Shown one piece after another: positions 27,221 through 40,500 of a stretch of 64,000 nt of DNA. Source of the DNA: Eledone cirrhosa (taxonomy: Eukaryota); NCBI GenBank assembly GCA_964016885.1, contig OZ024747.1, positions 40,672,001-40,736,000 on the forward strand, written 5' to 3'. How positions within the stretch are numbered: position 1 is the stretch's first letter; every line of letters starts with the position of its first letter. Position numbers and translations under genes: made by a program. Under the pieces are notes generated by a model. That model ran no database searches. It was not told where the DNA came from and saw only the letters and a program-made list of their open reading frames with translations.

Positions 27221-30200
27221 CAGTGGCGTAACTAGCTTTTAAAGCCAGGGGGGGGGGGGTCGATCTAAAGGGGGCCCACCAATTCCATACGCTCATTTCC
27301 ATCGACTGCAAGGAAATATGTTCATACACGCATATAGAATAGATAATAATTTATAATAGAGTAGACAGCATCATAGATTACAGAGTTAGCATGTTCCGTG
27401 AAAACTTTATTAACTGCGAAGACGGTGGTCTATCTTCAGAAAAAAACAACATCCAATAAAACTAGTTTTGCAATCGATTATTCACCAACAAAAATTCGTA
27501 TGTACAACAAATCGTCCATCTAAAACTTTACTTTCACATTCGAGCACATCACTTGTTCTACAGTTCTAATTTGCGATGTTTTACTTTAGAAAATTTTTCA
27601 ATCATGATGTTGAAGTCAATTTTTTCAGCCAGTTCTCGCTCTATGTACATCATTGCCAGAGCATTCAACCGCTCTTCACTCATGGTACTACGCAAATAAT
27701 TATTTATCAGTTTGAGCCTGCTGAAAGTTCGCTCAGCCTGCGCTGAGCTAACCGGAATAGTTATGAACATTTTGTATAAGGCAAACACGTTCGGATAGGC
27801 TCTATCTAAGTCATTAGAAATCATAAACGGAACGATCTCAGAACTCGATATGGATTTATCTAAACACACTTCCTTGTAAAAATCTTTGAATGATAAATAC
27901 TCGTCGAAGATAGTGTCATTTTCGATGTCACCCTCGTAGAATTTCACAAGATTATCGATTCTCTCCCTATTGCATGTGTCGTCGTCGTCGAAGTGCGCCG
28001 GCTTAAAGCACGAAAAATCCTTCACTAGATTGTGCAAGTCGGCAAAACGTTCGTTAAAGCTACTAATGATTCTATCTAAGATAGTGAAATAAACGTCCCG
28101 TTTAAAATGCTGACTCATGGTCTCATGAGGTTCGTCACTGGCATTTTCGTCATGAAAACGCTTCTTTTTTCTTTTCCGTTTTTCTGTTGTAAACTCTGGT
28201 TCAACTTGACATTGCTCGGCGAGATTTTTAGCGTCTGATAATGTTCAGTCAAAATATTCATTTGAGCGGATGTCTTCAATTTCTTTTACTACATTTTTAA
28301 TCATGACGTCCGCGGAATATAAGTCGATAGCCTCCTTCTGCAAATATTGTGAAACAGAATGCAGCTTTTTAAGTAAATTCTGAAAAAACTTCAACATGAA
28401 AATGAATTCAAACTTGCTCACATTTAGTAGAAAACCTCTGGCCTCGGCTAATACTTTCGGAGCAGTGTTGTAAACATCCCCACTTATTATCTTCTTTAGT
28501 GCACTTACTACTGCCGGTAAGTTGTTAATGGTAGCCTCTACAGCCTGAATGCGACTAAACCAGCGCGTATCTAAGAGTCTTTTTAATGTTAATACCGTTG
28601 AAGTCAATAGTTTTTCTTGTTCTTCTTCGAGGATTTTCAGCCTTGGCAAGCTTGATGTTAAGAAAACATACAGGCTCTCCAATATACCAAAAAATAATTT
28701 ACCATCCACTGACGATTGGCTAGCATCGATTAACACCAGGTTCAGGTTATGAGCGCAACAATGGACGTAAACAGCTTTCGAAGAGCATCTCTCTTTAACT
28801 CTAGCCTGAAGCCCAGAAATATGGCCGGACATATTCGACGCTCCGTCGTAAGCTTGTCCCCTAATATATTGAGTATCCAAGGAAAGATCCTGGAAAAGAA
28901 CTTTCACAAGCGTATCGTAAAATGATTCAGTGGCTGCTGATTCTAGTTCACAAAACGATAGGAAATGCTCCTGTGCGTGGCCACTTTTCGATACATATCG
29001 CAGTCTATTGTGGAATCGACGATGACTGAATAGTATTTTGCCGCTTTCACTTCCGTGATTATTTGTTGAGTACATTCGTTTGCCAGACTTAAGTACATAG
29101 GCTGTCTTTTAGTGCGCCCAGGCGAAAATAAATGTCTTTCCAAGATCGTATCATACTTGGCCATCAATTTCAACAATTCAATATAGTTTCCTTCATTTTC
29201 TGATTTGGCGCCAAGTCCAGCATATTCCCTGTGACCTCTGAAGGCCAGGCCTTGTTTTGCGAGAAATAACGTATAATCAAGCAATCGCCTCAATATCTGG
29301 CGATTTCGTTCAATTCGCTTCTTCTCTTCATGGTTGAGGTTATCGATCACTGTTTTATCTGCGTCCAAACGATATTTTGTCATGAAGTATTATTTTTGTA
29401 CATTGATGTGAATGGCACTTTTCTCATGCTTAGCAATTTTTTCGATTCCCTTTTTGAAGTTTGCTATCCCACACTCTGGATTAATCCAACTCTTCGAGTA
29501 AGATTCGGCATTTTATCAGCAAACAGCCAACAACAAAAGCAATATAGTCTGTTGGATTCAGGAGAGTATACTAACCAGTGTCGGTCAGCTTTATGGATTC
29601 CAGCACACTTTCTCTTGTACCAACTAATGTTGAATTTTCTGTGGTTCGAGTCGAGAGGGAAATCAGCAAAATTATCTTTCAATCCTGGCTGACAAGGACC
29701 AACGGCCACGAGGGCGCGAATTAGAGGTGTCGTCAATGTCGAATTAGAGGTGTCCTCGAAATGTTTCGGGTCGCTTGGATACTTCTCTTGTAAATTCAAC
29801 ATGCATTCTACTGGCTCATACTCTGGGATGTTTTGCCAATGTAGTTTCCTCTGAATCATTTTCATTTTCAGATTCCGATACAGCCATTTTCCCCTCTATT
29901 GAGTTCGGATCCCCAGTTGGAACTACATCTTCAGTGACTACGACGGTTGTTGAGATAGTCGATAGACCTGAGGCATCTTCGACGTCAGGTTTTCGTGACT
30001 CTCCAGTGCTTTTCTGTTTCCCTAGTTCATCTGACCAGACCGACTCGCCGGAAATTCCGGCAGTTACGTTGCTTTGGGATGCGTCACTACGTATTGACGA
30101 AGACTGTTGACTTTTCAGAAAACTTGTGATTAGATGACATTTCTTTGCAGATTCTTCCGTTGCAGCTTGTCTAACTTCGCTCCTCTTTGTTGCTCCAGTT

Positions 30201-31000
30201 TTGTAAGTTTTTTAGGCAGCATTGTTAATGAGCACTATATTGACACTGTTTTCCAGTGGCTTTGTCTTAAAAAAAATTTCTTCCTTTTTCCTTTTTCTTT
30301 TTTTTCTATAAGTCTTTAAGTGCCGAAATAGCCTGTGATTAGAAAGCCACTTCACTTACCGCATGTCTCTGGTCCTGGCAAAGTCGTTGGCTGGTTTTCC
30401 TCTCTTCCACGTGTGTACAATCCAGCTCGCCGATCGCAGCCTCAAATCGCACGTCTGTCTCAGTCCGATGAGCGCCGTAGAAGAGAAAGGGGCCTCTCAA
30501 GCTGACGTCACATCTGCTCGCCCTTCCGGTCGAGCACGCTTCCGGTCAAGCACGCCCAGCCTCCGGCCACTACACACCACACCATACCCACAATGAGCAC
30601 GATATTGACACATTGGAATAATGCAATTTGCTTGATTTGATATTCAACACCGAAGAATGTAAAACACATCAAATAATCGACGAAAAACAAAACATAGAGC
30701 AAAAGTCCAGGAAATGTCGCAAATACCAAATTGTTCTAAAATGTGACTCATGATAAAAAGTAACAACATAAATAAAAATATTATATATATTTGTTCTATA
30801 TATACACACAATATATATATTTTGTGTGTATATAATCATGCATAATTATACTTTTAATTAAATATTAGGTTAAAAACCTGAGTATCGAGAATAACATAAG
30901 CATGTATTACAACATTTCAAGCAAATAGAATAATATAGAATTTAGATATCAAATCATTTATTTATATTTACAAATCAAAGAATATAATAATCGGTTTTTA
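27221..31000 (-). mobile_element. hAT DNA transposon (ZMYM1/Tip100-like), one TIR seen
   Basis: Terminal CAGTGGCGTAACTAG at 27221 and transposase remnants. No matching TIR or TSD found at the other end, so the right boundary is approximate. Confidence 0.85.
27558..30222 (-). pseudogene. Frameshifted hAT transposase (TTF zinc finger, DUF4371-like region, hATC dimerisation domain)
   Basis: WLVYS..LYCFCCWLF, LAFRGH, YYSVIVDST, GQAYDGASNMSG, HCCAHNLNL, TRW, VSSAQAERTFSRLKLI..YLRSTMSEERL, spread over 4 ORFs. Confidence 0.92.
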
Positions 31001-31536
31001 ATGAGATCCCTGTGATTGATGCAAAATCACAGGGATCTCATTAAAATTGACATTAAACGATGATGATGATATGGGTGGGGTTATGTGTTTACGTATGTGT
31101 TTATCGGTGTTTATGTCCCATGGATATAGTGGTTCGTAAAAAAAAAAAAGAGACTGATAAAATAAGCAGCAGGCTTGAAAAAGTAAGTAGCAGATACTAG
31201 AGTGGATATGATTGTTTATATCTATGCGCTACCTCACCATGGCTGCAATCTCTTAACTGAAACAAATAGACATATAAAAGTGTATTGAAATCTATTTTCT
31301 CTTAATTCTCCGCAATATTAATGATTAAGTTACAAATGCTAGAGAAATCTGGATATCGGAATTGCAGTTCCACAATCTATTGATATATTTCTCAAACTAT
31401 AATAGTAATGTGAATGTACATCACTTAGTTGTTTGGGGTGTTCAGATAAAGAGCGTTAAACCGTAAGTACGATTCCCAGCGGTGTGCTGTGTCCTTAAGC
31501 AAGACACTTTATTTCACATTGCTTCAAGTCCACTTT

Positions 31537-31730
31537 GGCGGTGAATTGGCAGTATCGGTAGAGCGTCAGACACCATGCTTTGCAGCATAGAATTATGGCC
31601 CTTTATGTTCTGAGTTCAAATCCCGCTGAGGTTAACGTTGCCTTTCATCCTTACGGGGTCGATAAAATAAAGTACCAGTAATGTACTGGGTAATTGCTGG
31701 CCTTGTGCCTAAAGTAGAAACAATTATTAT
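31537..31730 (+). mobile_element. tRNA-derived SINE
   Basis: Same family as 3989-4175 and 12508-12697. Confidence 0.85.
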
Positions 31731-31759
31731 TTGCTCATTTATCTGTGATAGGGTCGTGT

Positions 31760-32530
31760 AGGTAGAGACTTCATAGATGCCTTCCAGAAGTTCCTATCAG
31801 AGGCAACCATCTCCGAATGATCAGGATGGATCCCCAAGCAAGACAAACCAAGTTCATGGTTGTTATCCATCCATCGTGCTCGTGGTCTACCCTTGGGTTT
31901 TCTGTCGACTGACTTTACCCATAAAGTCTCTCGATTGCCGTAGTGGTGAACTCCTAAGGCAGAGAAGTAGCGGCTCTATCTAGAGCGATTTCCTGATCTC
32001 CGAGCTACGTTACTCCAAAGACCTTCCAAGGCACCCCATCTCAACCGCTTGTATTCCCGTTCGTTTTCCTTCGGTCATAACCCAAGATTCATAACCACAT
32101 GTAAGGGTTGACACGAATACCAAATCTGAAGATAGCAAGTTTGGCTTTTACACCTACTTCCCTTCGTGTAATGACCGAATCTTGAAGCTGATGCATTATT
32201 GCACCAACTCCTGCAATTATTACACTTAATTCTGCCTCTTGCTTTCCAACATTCGTGAAAAAAGCACCGAGATACTTTACCCTCTCCACCTGCTTCAGTG
32301 AAACTCCAGTCACATGCAGAGTACACTGCGCAGGCTTTCCCAAGAAAACAAATCTCTCAGTTTTCGCAGCACTGATTTTCATTTCTATCGTACAGCACAT
32401 GTCGGAGGTCTCTTTTTCTTAGAAAATAAGTAGCACTATCTCCCCTACAAAGATCAGCCAACTGATCCTACAAGCGCCGGTTTTGATACCGCTTGCAACC
32501 CGGCTGCGCATATCAATGCTGTTCATGAAG
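31760..32530 (-). pseudogene. Decayed RTE-like LINE RT C-terminal fragment
   Basis: MKISAAKTE..LKQVERVKYLG..KAKLAIF in ORF 32089-32400. A related 3' sequence lies at about 11600-11940. Confidence 0.65.
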
Positions 32531-33169
32531 GCGAACAACTGGCAGAAAAAAAAGCTTTACCTTTAATTCAAAGGGTATCTCTCTGGGTATCTTAAGAATA
32601 CACGTGTCTATGAAATACTCAGCATCTTGCAGATTGATTCCACAAAAATATGAATAAGAATGTTCTTTCAGGCTAACACAACATTTGTGAGAGGATTTAG
32701 TTGATTATATTGACCCATATATTTCAACCCCATTTGTTACATTGAGCTTGGTAGGTTGAATATCAGCTCTATTGGGATTCGAACTCAGAACTTATGAGGA
32801 CGTAAGTAAATACCGCAAGGCATCTTGTCTAACATTCTATCGCATCTGCCATCCAGCGACCTTGCTCGAGTTATATTGACGATTTCTTAACATAGGCGTA
32901 AGGTCACACAATTTATGAAATGATCTAGTCGCTTATATCGAATCAAGTAACTTTTAGTGGTTTATTTTATTGAAAGATAAAAGATCAAAAACAGTTGATT
33001 TCAGCAAAAAATGCCACACATTTCTGGAGAGAGCAGGGCGTAGTCAATAGCAATTGATATAAACCAGCGAGACAGCCTTTACGTGTTCATTTCACTTCCT
33101 AGAAATAGCCCCTAAATTTCTATTCATATCACCTCACCGTCTTAATAAATGTAAAGGCATATTGAATAA

Positions 33170-33345
33170 TATAGGGGAAAGTCGATTAAATCGACTCCAG
33201 TGCGTGACTGGTACTTTATTTCATCGACCCCTTAAGGTTAAAAGGCAAAGCTAACCTCGGCGGGATTTGAACTCAGAACGTAAAGGGCCGTGACTCTATG
33301 CAACCAAGCCTGTTGTCCGACGCTCTACCGATACTGCCAATCCAA
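33170..33345 (-). mobile_element. tRNA-derived SINE (reverse)
   Basis: Reverse complement of the SINE head and core (CTGGTACTTTATTT..GGGATTTGAACTC..CCGATACTGCCAA). Confidence 0.8.
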
Positions 33346-33714
33346 AGACCAGCAATTCAGAGGGAAAGAAAAAGTTGATTGTATCGACACCGGGAGGATA
33401 AAAGGATAAGTTGAGACAACAGGATTTGAACTCAGAACGTAAAGAGCCAGATCAAATAACGCTTGCCATACGCTCTAATCCTTCTGCCAATCCCTCACCC
33501 TCAGATCAGGTCATAATCATGGCTGAGATCTTGAAATATAGAACATCACGTCAAACTGTTATCAGTAAACTCATTTTTGTTCTTTCACATCAAACGCAAT
33601 GTTTCTGGAACGTTTTAAAAAAGAGAAGAGAGCGTTCATATACGTTCAGTTATAAAGCGTGTCTGTGTGCCTATGTATGTATGTATGTGTGCGAATGTGT
33701 ATATTTAGCTATCA

Positions 33715-33749
<35 letters not shown>

Positions 33750-34562
33750 TGTGTGTGTGTGTGTGTGCATGTCTGTGTATCCATGCGTGTGTGTGCATGT
33801 GTGTATGCATGTGTGTCTGTGTATGCACGTGTGTGTGTGTGTGTGCCTGTGGTTGTAGATATATAGCTGGTCAGACGATAGATAATATTACAAAATAATC
33901 TTATATTTGTTTGTGATACATAAAGAAATTAACTAGAAATCTAAGGGGTGATAAAACACTTTTGCTATTTGTGTATAAATAAAGCTGATGGTATTTTCAC
34001 TACTTATATTTTCAAATCTTTATTAATGACAAAAAGAAAAAAAAAAAGATAAAGAAAAAAGGGGCAAGGGAGAAATGTGGAGGAGGCTAACACTACAATC
34101 TTGGCTAATTGTTATTCTTCATTCTTCAAGATCTTTATTTTTTAAAAAAATATTCACGCATTTTATTTTTATTTTAATTTTTGTGAAATCCATTCTCATT
34201 TCATTATAAACTGGGTTCATTTAATTGAAAAGCTGCGATATTAATATTGATTACTGGCATATTCAACCAGATAGATTAAATGTGAATGATTAATATTCAT
34301 GCTTTTCCGAAATCAATTAATGATCCAATCAAAGTGAGATTACTTTAACTGGAGGTTAAATGAAGCCCTGTTAATCAACAATTATTTAAGAAAAAATTAA
34401 AAACCGATGAGCATATGGTTAGTTTGTGGGTATAGTTATGTGGTTAACGAGTTCATTTTGCAATTACCTGTTTCCGGATTTGATCCCATTCGCCTACCAT
34501 ACACATGGATGGACTCAAGCCTTTGTGAGGGATATACGTAGAAACTTATCTAACAGTCTGTA

Positions 34563-34762
34563 TACGAGAGTAAGCTGAAAGGTTCATAGGCTGACTATGA
34601 AGGAGTGATGCTAGGGCTGTGAAATCTTGCATGCATTAATTTCAACTCGTCTTATTAATAACTGTATTGTTTCATTCTAGATACAATGTTGAAAAACAAA
34701 CCTCATTTGGACATTCCAAGAAAGTATTGTGATCAGCCCATGAACCTTTCAGCCGACTTATA
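34563..34762. mobile_element. Tc1/mariner-type MITE
   Basis: TIRs GCTGAAAGGTTCATAGGCTGA / TCAGCCCATGAACCTTTCAGC, with TA flanks. Confidence 0.7.
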
Positions 34763-35188
34763 TACGGCCGGATGATAGAATTACAGTTTCAATCGGTTTA
34801 CCAGCACCAACTGTACCATCTGGGGCCTCTATGCTGGAATGTCTTCTGTTGCAAACTTTCCGTCCTGGCCATGGGCGCAACTAGAGAAAATTGCGCCAAT
34901 GGCAAGCTGTGAAATTACGCCCCTGTCCAAACATCTGACACCCATCTTTCAGGCAAGCATAAAGTCCAAGGGGCGTCCCTTTTCGTGTGATGACTATGGT
35001 TGCCATACCTAGGCTATGCCTTTGGTTCTATAGTTTCTTCTTCTACTTCCTCACCAGAAGACTTGGTTGCCATGCAGAGGGCCACCAGCGATATATATTT
35101 CCTGCCCTGACTATGTCGGTGAATGTATGTGGGTGTATGTATGTTCTTCTGGTTTTATAATTTTATAAATGTTTACCAATAGAGAGAA

Positions 35189-35225
<37 letters not shown>

Positions 35226-35246
35226 AAGGGAGAGAGAGAGAGAGAA

Positions 35247-35298
<52 letters not shown>

Positions 35299-35480
35299 TT
35301 CCTAACATAGACACATTGGAAACTAGGTAGATATGTATGAATGTCTACATGCATGCGTGTGTAGGTATGGATGTTATTGTGTGTGTGTGGTGTGGATGTG
35401 GATGTTTTGAGTTATATATGTGCATGAGCATATGCTTTGTATCTGTACATGTGTACATGCAGTTATTAAATGCAGGTATG

Positions 35481-35618
<138 letters not shown>

Positions 35619-36273
35619 CGTGTGTGTGTGTGTGTTTATTTAAGCATGTATGCACGTATCTAGGTATATATGAGCCCGTAACTCCTGATGGGATCGTATG
35701 GGAGCTGTCTTGGAGATTTAGACCTGGCGAAACCCATCCCTTTGTAGATGCTAACAACCAATTTCTTCAATTGAAAAAAAAGTGAGAGTGAGGAAGAAAG
35801 AATATGAAATAAATATACACGAAGAATCGACACCAGTACCAGACTAGTATTTTAATTACTGAACTGATCTCAAAAGGATGAAAGGTAAATTTGACCTCGG
35901 CGGGATTTGAACTCAGAGAACAGCTAACTGGAACGAATACCGTGAATCATTCTATCCGACATTCTAAGGACTCTGTCAGAAACTTATCTAATGGCGTGTA
36001 TCTATGGTGGAGTAATAAATTACAGTTTCACCCGGTTTAATATCACCAACTGCACCATGGGCCCCTTCACTGAAGTTCCCTCTGTTGCGAACATTCCGAT
36101 CTGATGATACCCTATGTGTTATAGCTCCTTTCTTTCTGTACCTTTCTGTTTGTGATACATAAGGTGACGGGGGAGCTTACCGGGGACCACCAGTACTATA
36201 TTTCTCGGCTCTGACTAATCCATAAAGAAATAGTAAATCGAAATAAGGCTGGGAGGAAGAAAAGTCATAGGAA

Positions 36274-36474
36274 CAGAGGTGCAACTGGCTATGTCAAGCA
36301 TGGTATGTGCCATCGGCGCCACTTGGACTAGGAGCACTTTATATTAAAGTCAAATAAGCTATCGTCGAATAGTGAAAAAAGAAACTTCTTCAGATGTATG
36401 GTCTGTCTTTGATTATCATGCGTGAGAACACTATGGTGGCTAGATAGGCGCTATTTTCCCTAGTTACGCCTCTG
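36274..36474. mobile_element. hAT MITE with perfect 8-bp TSD
   Basis: TIRs CAGAGGTGCAACTGG / CTAGTTACGCCTCTG. TSD CATAGGAA at 36266-36273 and 36475-36482. Confidence 0.85.
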
Positions 36475-36544
36475 CATAGGAATGATATTTAAACCGGAAT
36501 TTAAATGTTTTCAGGAGGGGGGGTTAATATCAATATAGATCAAT

Positions 36545-36960
36545 ATGCTCACTTACACCTCTGTAAGATAATGTCACTCGATCGAGATCTTTGGCGCCAT
36601 GCAGTTGTACAGAAAACCTGTCTTCCCTTGCATACAAACCAAGTTAGTAGGCACCTCTTAACCCAATATACACCCCACACACCCTACCCCATCCGCCCAT
36701 TTCCGTTCTGTCCACTATGTCGATGACACAACAGTTCACACTGTAAGGTGGTCTTGTAGGAGACACGGTAAAAAGGCTCCCAGTCCACACTGTAAATGTG
36801 GTTGGTGTTAGGGAGGGCATCCAGCTGGAAAACAAAACCTGACAGAGACACTTCTGTACAAGCGAGACACAGTTTTCCGACCATTCCCGCATCAAATGGA
36901 ACAAAACCGTCTAACCCATGCTAGCGTGGAAGATGGACGTTAAACGATGATGATGATGAT
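36545..36960 (+). mobile_element. RTE LINE 3'-end fragment
   Basis: Homologous to 7290-7830; ends CCCATGCTAGCGTGGAAGATGGACGTTAAAC(GAT)n. Confidence 0.75.
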
Positions 36961-37519
36961 ATATAGATATGTTTCTTTATTAGCCACAGGGGCACAAAAG
37001 AACGGGAAAATACAAAGTGGGAAGTTTACATACAATAAAAACGTGTTAAATATTATCACAAATGCAATTTGAGAAGGCCCATTCACTCGGGCCATTCTCG
37101 CCACTTTCACCCACTTTCACCCATCTTTCATAAAACTTGCTGGGGTACAGCACCTCTCTCTCTCCATCCTGATTCTTCTTCCAAAGTGGTATTTGAAAAA
37201 AAGAACCCGTTGTTGGTGGAGAGAAAGGTGTCAGACCTCAGCCCTTGTAACCTTATCCACCATACAACCTCTTTTGCCATAGCTATCACACAAAGGAAAA
37301 ACAGCCTCTCAGTTGTTTTTGAAGGAGGGTGGCGGTTTGATCATGACAATGGACTCGGTTGTCAACGGGATTGGTCCCACCCGCGACAATAGTCGATCTA
37401 CATAGCCCCACAGGTCGGAAACGCCATATATATAAATTCCCTGCTCTTACCAGAAAATTACCTTTTATATGGTACTTAAATAATATTTGACTTTTGTTTT
37501 TCTAGATTCGAAGAAGCAA

Positions 37520-40500
37520 ATAAGTAAAAAATAGAATAAGTACAAAATAGAGTAAGTGAAAAAATAGAGTAAATGAAAAATAGAGTTAGTGAAAATTAGC
37601 GTAAGTAAAAAATAGAGTAAGTGAAAAATAGAGTAAGTGAAAAATAGAGTAAGTGAAAAAATAGAGTAAGTACAAAATAGAGTAAGTGAAAATTAGAGTA
37701 AATGAAAAATAAAGTGAAAAATAGAGTAAGTCAAAATAGAGTAAGTAAAAAATAGAGTAGGTGAAAAGTAGAGTAAGTGAAAAATAAAGTAAGTGAAAAA
37801 TAGAGTAAGTGAAAAATAGAGTAAGTGAAAAATAGAGTAAGTGAAAAATAGAGTAAATGAAAAATAGAGTAAGTGAAAATTAGCGTAAGTAAAAAATAGA
37901 GTAAGTGAAAAATAGCGTAAGTGAAAAATAGAGTAAGTGAAAAAATAGAGTAAGTACAAAATAGAGTAAGTGAAAATTAGTGTAAATGAAAAATAAAGTG
38001 AAAAATAGAGTAAGTGAAAAATAGAGTAAGTAAAAAATAGAGTAGGTGAAAAATAGAGTAAGTGAAAAGTAGAGTAAGTAAAAAATAGAGTAAGTGAAAA
38101 TAGAGTAAGTAAAAAATAGAGTAAGTGAAAATAGAGTAAGTAAAAAATAGAGTAAGTGAAAAATAGGGTAAGTGAAAAATAGAGTAAGTGACAAATAGAG
38201 TAAGTAAAAAATAGAGTAAGTGAAAAATAGAGTAAGTAAAAAATAGAGTAAGTGATAAATAGAGTAAGTAAAAAATAGAGTAAGTAAAAAATAGAGTAAG
38301 TAAAAAATAGAGTAAGTGAAAAATAGAGTAAGTAAAAAATATAGTAAGTGAAAATAGAGTAAGTAAAAAATAGAGTAAGTGAAAATAGAGTAAGTAAAAA
38401 ATAGAGTAAGTGAAAAATAGGGTAAGTGAAAAATAGAGTAAGTGAAAAATAGAGTAAGTAAAAAATAGAGTAAGTGAAAAATAGAGTAAGTAAAAAATAG
38501 AGTAAGTGAAAATAGAGTAAGTAAAAAATAGAGTAAGGGAAAAATAGGGTAAGTGAAAAATAGAGTAAGTGAAAAATAGAGTAAGTAAAAAATAGAGTAA
38601 GTGAAAAATAGAGTAAGTAAAAAATAGAGTAAGTGATAAATAGAGTAAGTAAAAAATAGAGTAAGTAAAAAATAGAGTAAGTAAAAAATAGAGTAAGTGA
38701 AAAATAGAGTAAGTAAAAAATATAGTAAGTGAAAATAGAGTAAGTAAAAAATAGAGTAAGTGAAAATAGAGTAAGTAAAAAATAGAGTAAGTGAAAAATA
38801 GGGTAAGTGAAAAATAGGGTAAGTGAAAATAGAGTAAGTAAAAAATAGAGTAAGTGAAAAATAGGGTAAGTGAAAAATAGGGTAAGTGAAAAATAGAGTA
38901 AGTGAAAAATAGAGTAAGTAAAAAATAGAGTAAGTGAAAAATAGAGTAAGTAAAAAATAGAGTAAGTAAAAAATAGAGTAAGTGAAAAATAGAGTAAGTA
39001 AAAAATAGAGTAAGTGAAAAATAGAGTAAGTGAAAAATAGAGTAAGTGAAAAATAGAGTTAGTGAAAAATAGAGTAAGTGAAAAATAAAGTAAATGAAAA
39101 ATAGAGTAAATGAAAGATAGAGTAAGTGAAAAATAGAGTAAGTGAAAAAAAGAGTAAGTGAAAATAAGAGTAAGTGAAAAATAGAGTAAGTGAAAAGTAG
39201 AGTAAGTAAAAAATAGAGTAAGTGAAAAATAGAGTAGGTGAAAAATAGAGTAAGTGAAAAAATAGAGTAAGTACAAAATAGAGTAAGTGAAAATTAGAGT
39301 AAATGAAAAATAAAGTGAAAAATAGAGTAAGTGAAAAATAGAGTAAGTAAAAAATAGAGTAGGTGAAAAATAGAGTAAGTGAAAAATAAAGTAAGTGAAA
39401 AATAGAGTAAGTGAAAAATAGAGTAAGTGAAAAATAGAGTTAGTGAAAAATAGAGTAAGTGAAAAATAGAGTAAATGAAAAATAGAGTAAATGAAAAATA
39501 GAGTAAGTGAAAAATAGAGTAAGTGAAAAAAAGAGTAAGTGAAAATAAGAGTAAGTGAAAAATAGAGTAAGTGAAAAATAGAGTAAGTGAAAAATAGAGT
39601 AAGTGAAAAATAGAGTAAGTGAAAAATAGAGTAAGTGAAAAAATAGAGTAAGTACAAAATAGAGTAAGTAAAAATTAGAGTAAATGAAAAATAAAGTGAA
39701 AAATAGAGTAAGTGGAAAATAGAGTAAGTAAAAAATAGAGTAGGTGAAAAATAGAGTAAGTGAAAAGTAAAGTAAGTGAAAAATAGAGTAAGTGAAAAAT
39801 AGAGTAAGTGAAAAATAGAGTAAGTGAAAAATAGAGTTAGTGAGAAATAGAGTAAGTGAAAAATAGAGTAAATGAAAAATAGTGTAAGTGAAAAATAGAG
39901 TAAGTGAAAAAAAGAGTAAGTGAAAATAAGAGTAAGTGAAAAATAGAGTAAGTGAAAAATAGAGTAAGTGAAAAATAGAGTAAGTGAAAAAATAGAGTAA
40001 GTACAAAATATAGTATGTGAAAATTAGAGTAAATGAAAAATAAAGTGAAAAATAGAGTAAGTGAAAAATAGAGTAAGTAAAAAATAGAGTAGGTGAAAAA
40101 TAGAGTAACTGAAAAATAAAGTAAGTGAAAAATAGAGTAAGTGAAAAATAGAGTAAGTGAAAAATAGAGTAAGTGAAAAATAGAGTAAATGAAAAATAGA
40201 GTAAGTGAAAATTAGCGTCAGTAAAAAATAGAGTAAGTGAAAAATAGCGTAAGTAAAAAATAGAGTAAGTGAAAAAATAGAGTAAGTACAAAATAGAGTA
40301 AGTGAAAATTAGTGTAAATGAAAAATAAAGTGAAAAATAGAGTAAGTGAAAAATAGAGTAAGTAAAAAATAGAGTAGGTGAAAAATAGAGTAAGTGAAAA
40401 GTAGAGTAAGTAAAAAATAGAGTAAGTGAAAAATAGAGTAAGTGAAAAATAGAGTAAGTAAAAAATAGAGTAAGTAAAAAATATAGTAAGTGAAAATAGA

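Noticed and set aside
27558-30222. Domesticated ZMYM1-like host gene
   Set aside because: Several frameshifts and stops and a retained TIR indicate a decayed transposon.
36970-37425. Possible L1/Tx1-like 3' fragment on minus strand
   Set aside because: Only a vague resemblance in broken frames; no diagnostic motif.
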